Positions 36,419-46,028 of a DNA stretch of 64,000 bases are shown here, piece after piece; position 1 is the first letter of the stretch, and every line of letters starts with the position of its first letter. The notes under the pieces are model-generated. The model made no database searches and had not been told where the DNA came from. It saw only the letters and a list, made by a program, of their open reading frames with translations. A program made the translations under genes and the position numbers. Origin of the DNA: Candidatus Minusculum obligatum (GTDB taxonomy: Bacteria > Patescibacteriota > Minisyncoccia > Phycocordibacterales > Phycocordibacteraceae); the NCBI GenBank assembly GCA_045401155.1, contig CP174360.1:233403-297402 (forward strand). Reading direction: 5' to 3'.

Positions 36419-37792
36419 ATGATACGTGCTCTTATATTTTCATTTTTGTTTTTATTGCCAGGCATCGCATTTGCTGATGTTGTAGCAGAGCGTAGAGCGC
36501 AGCTTGAGGCTGAGCTTAGAGATCTTGAAGTGCAGATTGCAGCGCAGCAAGAGCTTTTGAATGATAAGGCGCGAGAGCGAACAACGCTTGAGCGAGATGT
36601 GGCGATTCTAGACGCACAGATTAAGAAGGCAGAGCTTCAGATTCGTGCACGTACTGTCGCAATCCAGCAGTTAAATAATGGTATTGCACAAAAACAAGAA
36701 ACTATTGGAGAGCTTGGGGAGAAGCTTGTGCGGGAAAAGAATTCTCTTGCGCAAATTTTACGCAAAACAAGCCGTATTGATGATATTTCATTAGTTGAAA
36801 TTGTATTAAGTCAGGAAACACTCTCAGACTTCTTTGGAGATTTAGATAACTTCTCAGATATTAAGGTTGCACTCTCTGCTTCTTTTGATGAAATTGCATA
36901 CACAAGTGCTCAAACTGAGGAAGAAAAAGTGGTGCTTACAGATCGTAGAGCTGAGGAGCTTGAGCTTAAGCAGCTTCAAGAGCTTGAACGACAGAAGATC
37001 GCAGGATTTAAGGCAGAGAAGGATGAAATTCTAAAGATTACAAAAGGAGAAGAGGCGGCATACCAGGCGCTTGTGAATACAAGTAAAAAGACTGCAGCAG
37101 AGATTCGCTCAGAGTTATTTGCGCTGCGAGATTCTGCAGCCATTCCATTTGGAGAGGCGCTTGCGCTTGCGGAGAAGGCGGGTGCTGCAGTTGGAGTACG
37201 TCCCGCAGTTATTCTTGGAGTGCTGAAACAGGAGACTCGGCTTGGAGAGTTTTTAGGTACTGGTAGTTGGTTAACTGACGCACACCCAACAAGAGATCGT
37301 CCTGTGTTTGCATACATTATGGCTGAGCTTGGGCTTGACCCAGATCAGATGCCGGTTTCTAAGGCACCAAGTTATGGTTGGGGAGGAGCTATGGGGCCAT
37401 CTCAGTTTATTCCTTCTACATGGGTGTGTTATGGAGGATTTATTAATGTAAATACAGGGGATTGTAATAATGCCAAGCGTTCAATGAGTTGGGATAACTT
37501 CTGGCAAGGACCATGGGAGTATCGAGCAAATAAAGACCGTATTCGGAATGCGCTTGGTTCAGGTCGTGTTTCAAATCCTTACAATAACCAGGATGCTTTT
37601 ACCGCTACCGGTATGCTTATGGCAGATAATGGGGCAGATGCGGGCACATGGGCGTCTGAGCGACTTGCCGCACTCCGGTACTTTGCGGGATGGGGAAATG
37701 CAAATAAGCCACAGTATGCCTTTTATGGAGATTCTGTGATGGAGCATGCTGATTTCTTCCAGGAGCAGATTGATATCTTGTATGGAAACTAA
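36419..37792 (+). CDS. Secreted coiled-coil protein with C-terminal MltB-like lytic transglycosylase domain
   Basis: A signal peptide 'MIRALIFSFLFLLPGIAFA' is followed by about 200 aa of heptad-rich coiled coil. The C-terminal 'YGWGGAMGPSQFIPSTW' resembles the family-3 lytic transglycosylase (MltB/Slt35) catalytic motif AGAMGxxQFMPS. Confidence 0.5.
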   Translation: MIRALIFSFLFLLPGIAFADVVAERRAQLEAELRDLEVQIAAQQELLNDKARERTTLERDVAILDAQIKKAELQIRARTVAIQQLNNGIAQKQETIGELGEKLVREKNSLAQILRKTSRIDDISLVEIVLSQETLSDFFGDLDNFSDIKVALSASFDEIAYTSAQTEEEKVVLTDRRAEELELKQLQELERQKIAGFKAEKDEILKITKGEEAAYQALVNTSKKTAAEIRSELFALRDSAAIPFGEALALAEKAGAAVGVRPAVILGVLKQETRLGEFLGTGSWLTDAHPTRDRPVFAYIMAELGLDPDQMPVSKAPSYGWGGAMGPSQFIPSTWVCYGGFINVNTGDCNNAKRSMSWDNFWQGPWEYRANKDRIRNALGSGRVSNPYNNQDAFTATGMLMADNGADAGTWASERLAALRYFAGWGNANKPQYAFYGDSVMEHADFFQEQIDILYGN

Positions 37793-37836
37793 AGGTGGTG
37801 TAGTATGTATTATATAATCATATTATATTTTAATAT

Positions 37837-38049
37837 ATGGCAACAATTTCAGTACCATTAAGTAGTGAGCTTGAAGCGCGTCTAGATGCGCTTATTGCAG
37901 ATGGGGCAGGCTCAAACCGTGCAGATGTCATGCGTCGAGCTCTTGAGCAGTTTGCAGAAGATGAGGCTGTTCGAAAAGTTCTAGAATCAGAGCAAGAAGT
38001 AAAAGAAGGAAAAATTATTCGAGGCGACATTGATGCGCTTCTTGCATGA
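37837..38049 (+). CDS. Type II antitoxin, ribbon-helix-helix (ParD/CopG-like)
   Basis: 70 aa, 'ISVPLSSELEARLDALIADGAGSNRADVMRRALEQF' is an RHH fold. It overlaps the downstream toxin gene in an ATGA arrangement. Confidence 0.7.
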   Translation: MATISVPLSSELEARLDALIADGAGSNRADVMRRALEQFAEDEAVRKVLESEQEVKEGKIIRGDIDALLA

Positions 38050-38309
38050 TTGAAGCAAGTGTAACGCCACGGTTTCTTAAAAGCTTTAAGAAACTACATC
38101 CTGACCTTAAGGATGAGGTTAGGATTGCGATAAAGGAGTTTTCAGACCCCAGTCTTCACGAGAAACGAAAGGTGCATAAGCTTAAGGGTCGTATGGAGGG
38201 GTACTATAGCTTTTCTGTTAATTACAAGTATCGAGTTGTTTTCTCTTGGGAAAAGAAGAATACTTCAGTGATTTTAAGAATGGTTGGCGATCATTCAATC
38301 TATAATTAG
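38046..38309 (+). CDS. Type II toxin, RelE/ParE superfamily
   Basis: 87 aa. 'FLKSFKKL...KLKGRMEGYYSFSVNYKYRVVFSWEKKNTSVILRMVGDHSIY' matches the ParE/RelE core (L.G....Y..R.G.YR..Y.......V.I..I.HR..Y). Confidence 0.75.
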   Translation: MIEASVTPRFLKSFKKLHPDLKDEVRIAIKEFSDPSLHEKRKVHKLKGRMEGYYSFSVNYKYRVVFSWEKKNTSVILRMVGDHSIYN

Positions 38310-38347
38310 TTGCCAAATAAGCTTTTTCCGGTATACTCCACCCACAT

Positions 38348-38602
38348 ATGAAGAAAGATATTCATCCAGAGAATCATCGACCAGTTATCTTTGAAGACAC
38401 CGAGGCAGGTGCCCGATTTTTGGTAATGTCTACAATCAAGACAGATGAGACTGATAAGTGGGAGGATGGTAATGAGTATCCAAAGGTTTCTATCGAGGTA
38501 AGTAGCGCATCTCACCCATTTTATACTGGAGAGGATCGTACAATCGACAAGGCTGGACGTGTAGAGCGATTTAAGGCTCGCGCAGCAAAAGCAAAGAAGT
38601 AA
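38348..38602 (+). CDS. rpmE: 50S ribosomal protein L31, type B (non-zinc form)
   Basis: '[10 protein letters not shown]' and '[20 protein letters not shown]' are present. The CxxC pairs are replaced (DTEAG / SSAS), so this is a zinc-independent paralog type. Confidence 0.85.
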   Translation: MKKDIHPENHRPVIFEDTEAGARFLVMSTIKTDETDKWEDGNEYPKVSIEVSSASHPFYTGEDRTIDKAGRVERFKARAAKAKK

Positions 38603-38618
38603 GTACAAGCGCCCACTC

Positions 38619-39578
38619 TTGGGCGTTTTACGTTATATTTTGTATATGGAATACGATCCAGCATTTAAAGAGAACATAAAGACGCAGTATCTTGCTGCGG
38701 AGTATGAGCGCCTTGAAGAGGAGAAGGCGAAGGTTATTGCTGATGGTGAGGGAGATGTGGATCTAAAAGAGCTTGCGGATGAAGAAGTAAGGACTATTAC
38801 CGAAGCGCAGGAGGGGATTTTAAATACTATTAAGGGAATCCTTGAGGAAGAAAAAGAGGAGCTAGCATCTCCCAAAAAGATTGTGATGGAGTTCCGTGCG
38901 GGAGCCGGGGGAGATGAAGCAAATATTTTTGCGCAGGACCTGCGTGATATGTATCTAAAATTTGCAGAGCATCGAGGGTACAAGAGTAAGTTTGTGGATG
39001 ATTATACGCTTGAGGTAGATGGAAAGGGTGCGTGGGAGGATCTTAAGTATGAGACAGGCGTGCATCGTGTACAGCGTGTTCCTGAGACGGAGAAGTCAGG
39101 GCGTATTCATACCTCTACCGCATCTGTTGCTGTGCTTCCTCTTCGAGAGAAATCTACGATTGAGATTAATCCATCTGATATTGAGATGGAATTCTCACGT
39201 GCGGGGGGTGCAGGAGGACAGAACGTGAACAAGGTGGAGACCGCAGTGCGATTGGTGCATACGCCAACCGGTATTGATGTGCGAAGCTCAAGCGAGAGAA
39301 GCCAGCTTGCAAACCGTGAGAAGGCCATGGCTATTTTGACCGCTAAGCTTGAGCAGCTACATGAGGAGCAAGAGGCGAAAAAGCACGCAGAAGAGCGGAA
39401 AAATCAGATTGGAACAGGTGATCGTTCAGAAAAAATCAGGACGTATAATGTGCTTCAGGACCGTATTACAGACCACCGGATTAAGGAGAGTTGGCATAAT
39501 CTTCCAAAGATTATGGGAGGTAATTTAGATGATATTATTGATACCCTAAAAGAAAGAGAATCTGCTATTGCCGAATAA
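38619..39578 (+). CDS. prfA: Peptide chain release factor 1
   Basis: '[23 protein letters not shown]' holds the GGQ motif. '[14 protein letters not shown]' is the RF1-type PxT tripeptide region, where RF2 would have SPF. The N-terminus is shorter than canonical RF1; an alternative start is at 38646. Confidence 0.9.
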   Translation: MGVLRYILYMEYDPAFKENIKTQYLAAEYERLEEEKAKVIADGEGDVDLKELADEEVRTITEAQEGILNTIKGILEEEKEELASPKKIVMEFRAGAGGDEANIFAQDLRDMYLKFAEHRGYKSKFVDDYTLEVDGKGAWEDLKYETGVHRVQRVPETEKSGRIHTSTASVAVLPLREKSTIEINPSDIEMEFSRAGGAGGQNVNKVETAVRLVHTPTGIDVRSSSERSQLANREKAMAILTAKLEQLHEEQEAKKHAEERKNQIGTGDRSEKIRTYNVLQDRITDHRIKESWHNLPKIMGGNLDDIIDTLKERESAIAE

Positions 39579-39607
39579 GGTTTTATTTGGTAGTGTAGCC
39601 CCCGTAT

Positions 39608-40312
39608 ATGGCAACAGAGAACACACAGGTAAATGTTGACGCGCTCGTAGCAACTGGAGCGCATTTTGCGCATGTTAAGAGTCGTCGGCATCCTTCAATG
39701 AAGAAGTTTATTCTTGGAAACAAGAACAAGGTAGATCTTATTGACCTTTCAAAGAGCGTTGAGCTTCTTGGGGAGGCGGCTAAGACTATTGAGCGATACG
39801 GAGCAGAAGGAAAGACTGTGTTGTTTGTTGCAGGTAAGCGAGAGGCAATTAAACCAACACGTGCGATTGCTGAGTCTCTATCAATGCCACACGTAACAGG
39901 ACGATGGCTTGGAGGTACGCTTACAAACTTCTCTGAAATCAAGAAGCGACTTGCGCGACTTGAGGAGCTTAAGAAAATGCGAGAGTCAGCCGATTTCTCA
40001 AAGAAGTACACAAAGCTTGAGCGACTGATGCTCTCTCGAGAGGAGAATCGTCTGGAGACACGTCTTGGAGGTCTTTCAGGACTTAGCAAGCTTCCAGATC
40101 TTATGGTTGTAGTTGATACAAAGGCAGAGGCTATTGCGATTGCTGAGGCAAAGGGACGAGGCGTTCCTGTGATCGGTATCATGAGTTCAGACTGTGATAC
40201 TGCTGATGCGACATACCCAATCGTGGTAAACGATGCATCAGTGAAGACTATTGAGCTTGTGCTATCTGCACTTGCAGGAGCGTACAAGAAGGGGCGAGAC
40301 GGTACTGCCTAG
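39608..40312 (+). CDS. rpsB: 30S ribosomal protein S2
   Basis: 'GAHFAHVKSRRHPSMKKFI' and 'VLFVAGKREA' are present, with full-length uS2 collinearity. Confidence 0.95.
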   Translation: MATENTQVNVDALVATGAHFAHVKSRRHPSMKKFILGNKNKVDLIDLSKSVELLGEAAKTIERYGAEGKTVLFVAGKREAIKPTRAIAESLSMPHVTGRWLGGTLTNFSEIKKRLARLEELKKMRESADFSKKYTKLERLMLSREENRLETRLGGLSGLSKLPDLMVVVDTKAEAIAIAEAKGRGVPVIGIMSSDCDTADATYPIVVNDASVKTIELVLSALAGAYKKGRDGTA

Positions 40313-40315
40313 TAC

Positions 40316-40352
40316 CTCTAGGGCATACCTAGTTTACTAGTTATGCCCTAGG
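40316..40352 (+). terminator. Inverted repeat / attenuator-terminator hairpin between rpsB and tsf
   Basis: TCTAGGGCATA ... TATGCCCTAGG is a perfect 11-bp stem with a palindromic loop, and a T-run follows about 10 nt later. The rpsB-tsf intergenic attenuators of other bacteria are established knowledge. Confidence 0.4.
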
Positions 40353-40388
40353 TGTAGTAGGTTTTATTTTTGTAAATAGAAAAACATC

Positions 40389-40973
40389 ATGAGTATTTCA
40401 ACAGACGACGTAAAAGCACTTCGAGAAAAGACTGGAGTTTCTATCATGCAGTGTAAGAAAGCACTTGAGGATGCAGATGGAGACATGGAGCAGGCTATCG
40501 TACTTCTAAAGAAGCGTGCAGGAGCAATTGCGGAGAAGAAGTCAGATCGAGATCTTGGTGCGGGTTCTGTTGCTTCATACATTCATGGTGGAGAAGTTGG
40601 AGCACTTGTGGTTCTTTCTTGCGAGACAGACTTCGTAGGAAAGAATGAAGAGTTTGTAGCACTTGCACGTGAGATTGCGATGCAAGTTGCTGCTACAGAT
40701 CCTAAGTTCATCTCTGAGGCAGATATCACTCCTGAGGCTCGTGAAGCAGCTCACAAGGTGTTTGTAGAGGAGGTAAAAGATAAGCCTGCTGATATGCAGG
40801 AGAAGATCCTAGAAGGGAAGATGCAGTCATACTTTAAGGACATGGTGCTTCTATCCCAGCCATTTATTAAGAATGGTGATAAGACTATTGCAGATCTTCT
40901 TTCAGAGGGTACACAGAAGTTTGGGGAGCGAATTGAGGTAACACGTATTGCACGCTTTTCAGTACGGGGTTAG
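40389..40973 (+). CDS. tsf: Elongation factor Ts (short form)
   Basis: 'VKALREKTGVSIMQCKKALEDADGDMEQAIVLLKKRAGAIAEKKSDR' is the UBA-like N-domain and 'ASYIHGGEVGALVVLSCETDFVGKNEEF' is the core. Confidence 0.93.
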   Translation: MSISTDDVKALREKTGVSIMQCKKALEDADGDMEQAIVLLKKRAGAIAEKKSDRDLGAGSVASYIHGGEVGALVVLSCETDFVGKNEEFVALAREIAMQVAATDPKFISEADITPEAREAAHKVFVEEVKDKPADMQEKILEGKMQSYFKDMVLLSQPFIKNGDKTIADLLSEGTQKFGERIEVTRIARFSVRG

Positions 40974-40985
40974 CATACTCTGTAC

Positions 40986-41351
40986 ATGGTAGCCATGTAT
41001 TTCTTTCTTATTTTCTTTATTCTTCTATCCCTGTTTATGGGGGTGGTGTGGTTTGAGCGAAAGCGAAACAAAAAATTCTTTGAAGAAGTTCGTGCAAAGT
41101 TTGACGTATTTGTACAAGATCAGCAGGATGCACTATCCTCACTTGATATTATTCAAGCTCTCGAGTACATTATGCGGTATCTGGCACACCAGGTATCTCA
41201 TGTGACTGTTGCGCTGCTTCACTTTGCAGCACGTCGTAGCGAACGCATGTTGCGCAAGGCGCGCAAACGTCTCGCAGATGCAAAGCCGGTAGAAGAGCCT
41301 TCACACTTTGTAAAAAGCATGAAGGAGATCAAGGAGATTTCTCCTGAATAA
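40986..41351 (+). CDS. Hypothetical small membrane protein
   Basis: An N-terminal TM 'YFFLIFFILLSLFMGVVWF' is followed by a basic/helical tail. No recognisable family. Confidence 0.4.
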   Translation: MVAMYFFLIFFILLSLFMGVVWFERKRNKKFFEEVRAKFDVFVQDQQDALSSLDIIQALEYIMRYLAHQVSHVTVALLHFAARRSERMLRKARKRLADAKPVEEPSHFVKSMKEIKEISPE

Positions 41352-41353
41352 CT

Positions 41354-41427
41354 GCCACCTTAGCTCAGTTGGCTAGAGCGGCGCTCTTGTAAAGCGCAGG
41401 TCCTCGGTTCGATCCCGAGAGGTGGCT
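41354..41427 (+). tRNA. tRNA-Thr (anticodon UGU)
   Basis: A cloverleaf folded by hand: acceptor GCCACCT/AGGTGGC; D-arm GCTC/GAGC; anticodon stem GCGCT/AGCGC with loop CTTGTAA (anticodon TGT at 41388-41390); T-arm CTCGG-TTCGATC-CCGAG; discriminator T. CCA is not encoded. Confidence 0.85.
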
Positions 41428-41437
41428 CAGAGTTTAG

Positions 41438-41462
41438 AAAAACGCCCGAGAGGGCGTTTTTC
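41438..41462. terminator. Bidirectional rho-independent terminator (AAAAACGCCC-gaga-GGGCGTTTTT)
   Basis: A perfect hairpin flanked by A and T runs between the tRNA (+) and the convergent gene 41463-42125 (-). A near-identical copy is at 48353-48378. Confidence 0.6.
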
Positions 41463-42125
41463 TTATTGTTCTGTACTTGTTGCAGTGAGTATCTCTGGGA
41501 GACGCTCTGTAAGCTCATCAAGGGTAGAGAATCCATTTGTCTTCTCTCCATCGATGATAAATACAGGAAGCTCTTCTTTTTGGATGTTATGGATTGCCGT
41601 TAGTGTTCTAAGTGCTGGCAGATCTAGATCATAATCAAATGAATATACGCGTAGCGCAGGAATGTCTTTTCGGAGCTTCGTGAGTGCATATCCTGCACGT
41701 GTACAGTCCTCACAGTCATTAGCGTAGAAATATAGTACGGGTGTGATTCCAGTATCGCATGTCTCAGATACTCGAGAGAGTAGAAGGTTGTCTTTGATTT
41801 GTAGAAGTGAGTACTGCTCCTTTAGTTGTAGCACCTCTTCATTATCTGCTCCTAGACGGATCTCTGTTGTCTGTAGGCGGTCTCCAAGGCTTCCAAGCTC
41901 ACGAGAGAGTAGCGGAGAGTCTTTTAGGGTCTCACACGACACTTGAGAAAGTAGATCAAACTGTGTCTCAAGTGAGAGAATGTCAATTGCAATACGATCT
42001 TGGATTCCTTGTAGTTGAGAGATGCGAATACCAGAGATTCGATCTCCTACAAAAAATGCGGTTACAAAAATAATTACAGTGATTACAAGTGCAATCACGT
42101 ATGTCTTTGGATTTGTGGTGTTCAT
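41463..42125 (-). CDS. Membrane-anchored thioredoxin-fold protein (CxxC)
   Basis: An N-terminal TM 'YVIALVITVIIFVTAFFV' and a coiled-coil middle are followed by the C-terminal 'VLYFYANDCEDCTRAGYAL...ELPVFIIDG', which has a CEDC active-site-like motif and a thioredoxin/DsbA-like layout. Confidence 0.5.
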   Translation of the reverse strand: MNTTNPKTYVIALVITVIIFVTAFFVGDRISGIRISQLQGIQDRIAIDILSLETQFDLLSQVSCETLKDSPLLSRELGSLGDRLQTTEIRLGADNEEVLQLKEQYSLLQIKDNLLLSRVSETCDTGITPVLYFYANDCEDCTRAGYALTKLRKDIPALRVYSFDYDLDLPALRTLTAIHNIQKEELPVFIIDGEKTNGFSTLDELTERLPEILTATSTEQ

Positions 42126-42126
42126 A

Positions 42127-43359
42127 TTAGCGCCAACTATTCTTTCTAATGACTATAGCGTCAAATACTGCCTTAGAGAGCCATAGTGGACCGAAGATAC
42201 CATAGAGGAAGATATAAAGCACGATACCTCTATCAAGACGTACTTTCTCGCCTCCAATATACTTTCCAGCAAGCACAAGGACTGCAGTAAGGACAAATAG
42301 GGCAAAGGTTACGTATACGATGGTGCTTGGGGTAAATGTGTACCAATCAATTGAAAGTGGGTTGAAATAAAATGCTGAAAATCCAATGGTTTGGAACTCT
42401 ACTGCTTTTGTTACTGCAGCGTGTGCGGTACTTGAAAGTAGGCGAATTGGCATGTACGCAGCAGCAAAGATAGATACAAGCGTAAGGGGAAGAATGAAGA
42501 ATCCAAGGTAGATATTTTTTGGGTTAAAGAAGAGGTGCTTGTATGGAAGTGTATTTCGGAGGAATCCGTATGCCCATCGTACGCGTTGTTTAAATAACGG
42601 GTGGAATGTCTTTGGTGCGCGTGTGTACACAACTGCTCGCGGTGCGTTTTCAATTACTTTTCCAGCTTCCTGAAGACGCAGTCCCATCTCAAGATCTTCT
42701 GTGTTGTGTGCAGATCGGAATTTCCCGATAGTTTCAAACACCTCTTTTCTATATAGAGAGAATGGTCCTGGAGTAATAAACTGAGCGTTTGCATCAGCAA
42801 AGATGCGACGGAAGAGAATTCCAACCTCATACTCTGCTTTTTGCATGTAGCGGAAGAAGCTGTCTGGCTTTTCAATCTTGATAGCCGGTGTTACCGCCAT
42901 TGCCTCTGTGTTTTCAAACACTTTAAGAATTTCAACAAGCGCCATAGAGTCTACAAATGAATCAGCATCAAGACATCCGATGATATCTGCATTTGATCGC
43001 TCGATCGCGTAGTTTAGGGCGGTGTGCTTTCCGCCATTTTCCTTATGAGAAACAATCACTTGCGGGTGATTTTGAAATTCTTTAAGTGCCTCTCTCGTTC
43101 CATCCGTGCTCCCGTCATTTACGACGTGTACACGTAGTTTTTTCTTTGGATACTCTAGAGAGAGGATAGACCTTATGGTTGCTGCTACCGTATGTTGCTC
43201 GTTGTAGCAAGGCACAACAATTTCAACCTTCGGGTGATAGGCAAGGCCTTTTGTTGTTTCTTTTGCGCTTTTTCGTAGTCGCTCTACAAATCCAATCAAA
43301 AGAAGGACCTCAAAGTAGAGAATAAAGAAAAAGAATGCCCATGTGAGCGCGCTTATCAT
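42127..43359 (-). CDS. Processive family 2 glycosyltransferase (cellulose/PNAG/chitin synthase-like membrane synthase)
   Basis: The N-terminal TM is followed by 'VVPCYNEQ', 'VNDGSTDGT', 'DADS' and the 'QRVRWAYGF' (QxxRW) motif diagnostic of processive GT2 synthases. C-terminal TM helices are present. Confidence 0.8.
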   Translation of the reverse strand: MISALTWAFFFFILYFEVLLLIGFVERLRKSAKETTKGLAYHPKVEIVVPCYNEQHTVAATIRSILSLEYPKKKLRVHVVNDGSTDGTREALKEFQNHPQVIVSHKENGGKHTALNYAIERSNADIIGCLDADSFVDSMALVEILKVFENTEAMAVTPAIKIEKPDSFFRYMQKAEYEVGILFRRIFADANAQFITPGPFSLYRKEVFETIGKFRSAHNTEDLEMGLRLQEAGKVIENAPRAVVYTRAPKTFHPLFKQRVRWAYGFLRNTLPYKHLFFNPKNIYLGFFILPLTLVSIFAAAYMPIRLLSSTAHAAVTKAVEFQTIGFSAFYFNPLSIDWYTFTPSTIVYVTFALFVLTAVLVLAGKYIGGEKVRLDRGIVLYIFLYGIFGPLWLSKAVFDAIVIRKNSWR

Positions 43360-43395
43360 TAGACGGATACTAGCACGATTTTAAGCGTTTTTATA

Positions 43396-44118
43396 TTGAC
43401 AGATATGCGCTATACTGCGCCTTATATGAAGGGGAGTAGACACCCAATTAACCACGCGATTCGTGAGTTTTACGACATTTTCTCTGAGATGGGCTTTGAT
43501 ATAGATATGGGGCCTGAGATTGAGACTGAGCATTACAACTTTGATGCACTCAATGTGCCCAAGGACCATCCAGCTCGGGATATGCAAGATACGTTTTATC
43601 TTGAGGATGGACGCGTGCTTCGCACACACACCTCTCCAGTACAGATCCATCACATGGAGAACAATAAACCTCCTATTCGCACTATTGTTGCAGGACGTGT
43701 ATATCGAAATGAGGCAACAGATGCGACACATGAGGCGCAGTTCCATCAGATTGAAGGTCTGGTAATAGATAAGGGTATTACGCTTGCGCATCTTAAGACC
43801 ACTTTGATGAAAGGTCTTTCAAAGTATTTTGGAAAGGAAACACAGCTTCGCTTTCGTCCGGGGTACTTTCCATTTGTGGAGCCAGGTGTAGAGGTAGACG
43901 TACTTTGGGAGATGAGTAATGGAGACAAGCGGTGGCTTGAAGTGTTGGGAGCTGGGATGGTGCATCCGAATGTGCTTAAGGGCGCAGGTATTGATCCAGA
44001 GGAGTATTCAGGATTTGCATTTGGTACAGGGCTTGAGCGTTTGTCTATGTTTAAGCACGGTATTGAGGATACACGGCGCTTTAGTAGTCCAGATCTTCGA
44101 ACGATAAATCAATTTTGA
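43396..44118 (+). CDS. pheS: Phenylalanine--tRNA ligase alpha subunit (catalytic core only; N-terminal coiled-coil domain absent)
   Basis: '[16 protein letters not shown]' is class II motif 2 and '[10 protein letters not shown]' ... '[11 protein letters not shown]' is motif 3. Only 240 aa. Confidence 0.9.
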   Translation: MTDMRYTAPYMKGSRHPINHAIREFYDIFSEMGFDIDMGPEIETEHYNFDALNVPKDHPARDMQDTFYLEDGRVLRTHTSPVQIHHMENNKPPIRTIVAGRVYRNEATDATHEAQFHQIEGLVIDKGITLAHLKTTLMKGLSKYFGKETQLRFRPGYFPFVEPGVEVDVLWEMSNGDKRWLEVLGAGMVHPNVLKGAGIDPEEYSGFAFGTGLERLSMFKHGIEDTRRFSSPDLRTINQF

Positions 44119-44119
44119 T

Positions 44120-45982
44120 ATGATTGTAAGTTACAAATGGCTGCAAGAGTTTTTTGATGAGCCGCTTCCAAGTGCTAAGGAGGTTGCTGATTTACTATCG
44201 GTACATTCTTTTGAGATTGAAGGAGTAGAAGAGAAGGGGGATGATGTGCTTATTGATGTGGATGTGCTCCCAAACCGTGCGCATGATTGTCTCTCACATC
44301 GCGGTATTGCTAAAGAGGTTGGTGCGATCTTAGGGAGAGATTTATATAAGGATCCACTACGAGATGATTTTCTAGAGCTTCCAGAGGGTGGAATTGTTTC
44401 TTCAGTTGAAGAAGGGTTAGACGATGTGTCTACTGTTTCAATTCTGGTTAAGAATATTTCTATAAAAGAATCTCCAGACTGGCTTAAGGAGCGGCTTATA
44501 GTATTAGGGCAGCGCTCAATAAATAACATTGTAGACATTACAAACTACGTGATGCTTCTTACGGGACAGCCACTTCATGCATTTGATGCAAAAGCATTTG
44601 CTGATGGCGTGCTTAAGATAAAAAGAGCAGAGGAAGGTGAGAAGCTTACGCTTCTTGGAGATATTCCTGTAGAACTTACAAAAGAGGATGTGGTGGTCTC
44701 AGATGGAAAGAAGGCACTTGATGTTGCAGGTATTCGTGGGGGAGAAGATGCGGAGATTACAGAGTCTACAACTGACATTGTTATTTCAGCATCTCACTTC
44801 AATCCGACAATGGTTCGAAAGACTGCGCAGCGTCTAAAGCTCTGGACCGATGCGGCAAAGCGTTTCCAAAATGAACCATCTCCATATCTAGCTGAGCATG
44901 GTGCTCGCGAGTGTCTTGAAATGGTTCTTGATCTTGCAGGAGGAGAGGTTGTTGGTATTTCTCGAGCTGGTGCAAAGCTTCCTGAAGGGAAAAGTGTAGA
45001 GGTTTCAATGGATAAGATTAATGGCCTTCTAGGACTTCAGCTTTCCCTTGAAGAGGTGGGAGATATTCTAAAGCGTCTAGGGTGTCCATACTCTGGTACA
45101 GATGTGCTCACAGTCTCTATCCCTTTTGAGCGTTTAGATTTAAATATTGCAGAGGACATTATCGAAGAGGTGGGGAGAATTTATGGGTATGACAAATTAC
45201 CAGAGATGGATTTGCCTCCACGGGAGACGTCATATGTTGCTAAAGATTTTGTAGTTTCCGAGCATATTCGAGATCTATTGTTGTCTGCTGGGTACTCAGA
45301 AGTGTTTACATACGCACTTGTTGAGAAGGGTGAGGTGAAGCTACAAAATGCGCTAAATACAGAGAAGAGTTACATGCGTACAAATCTTGCCGAGGGGCTT
45401 GAGACTGCGTTGGTATTAAATAAAAATAACGCGCCACTTCTTGGGAAAGATCATATTGATATTTTTGAGATTGGAAATATCTTTTCTAAAGATGGGGAGT
45501 ATACGCACCTTGGTATTGCTACAACTCGCAAGAAGAAGGAGCAGGTGTTTGAGGAATTGGTACAGAAGTTGGAAGAGGCGCTTGGCACATCTCTTGAAGG
45601 AAAGGTTAATGGAAATGTGTATGAAGTTAATCTGGGTTCTGTAATTGAAAAAATGGAAGCGAAAGACCTTCCAGCGTATGAGGCATCTTCTGTAAAGTTT
45701 AAGATTCCATCTCCATATCCATTTGCGCTTCGAGATGTTGCGGTGTGGGTGCCAGAGAGTTTTAAAGAAGAAGAGCTTCGTTCTCTAATTGAAAAAGAGG
45801 CGGGGGAGCTTTTGTATAGAATGGATCTCTTTGATGATTTTAATAAAGAAGGACGTACGTCATACGCATACCACTTGGTGTTCCAATCTCCTACAGAGAC
45901 GTTAAACGATGATGAAATCAATACAATTATGGAGCGTGTATATGCTGTTTTATCTCAACAGGAAGGGTTTGAGGTCAGGTAG
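44120..45982 (+). CDS. pheT: Phenylalanine--tRNA ligase beta subunit (shortened)
   Basis: 'MIVSYKWLQEFFDEPLPSAKEVADLLSVHSFEIEGVE' is the PheT N-terminus, and the B3/4 and B5 regions are collinear. 620 aa. Confidence 0.9.
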   Translation: MIVSYKWLQEFFDEPLPSAKEVADLLSVHSFEIEGVEEKGDDVLIDVDVLPNRAHDCLSHRGIAKEVGAILGRDLYKDPLRDDFLELPEGGIVSSVEEGLDDVSTVSILVKNISIKESPDWLKERLIVLGQRSINNIVDITNYVMLLTGQPLHAFDAKAFADGVLKIKRAEEGEKLTLLGDIPVELTKEDVVVSDGKKALDVAGIRGGEDAEITESTTDIVISASHFNPTMVRKTAQRLKLWTDAAKRFQNEPSPYLAEHGARECLEMVLDLAGGEVVGISRAGAKLPEGKSVEVSMDKINGLLGLQLSLEEVGDILKRLGCPYSGTDVLTVSIPFERLDLNIAEDIIEEVGRIYGYDKLPEMDLPPRETSYVAKDFVVSEHIRDLLLSAGYSEVFTYALVEKGEVKLQNALNTEKSYMRTNLAEGLETALVLNKNNAPLLGKDHIDIFEIGNIFSKDGEYTHLGIATTRKKKEQVFEELVQKLEEALGTSLEGKVNGNVYEVNLGSVIEKMEAKDLPAYEASSVKFKIPSPYPFALRDVAVWVPESFKEEELRSLIEKEAGELLYRMDLFDDFNKEGRTSYAYHLVFQSPTETLNDDEINTIMERVYAVLSQQEGFEVR

Positions 45983-46028
45983 TTTATAGTGGGGATATAT
46001 GGTAAAATATCCCTAATTAAAAGGATAT

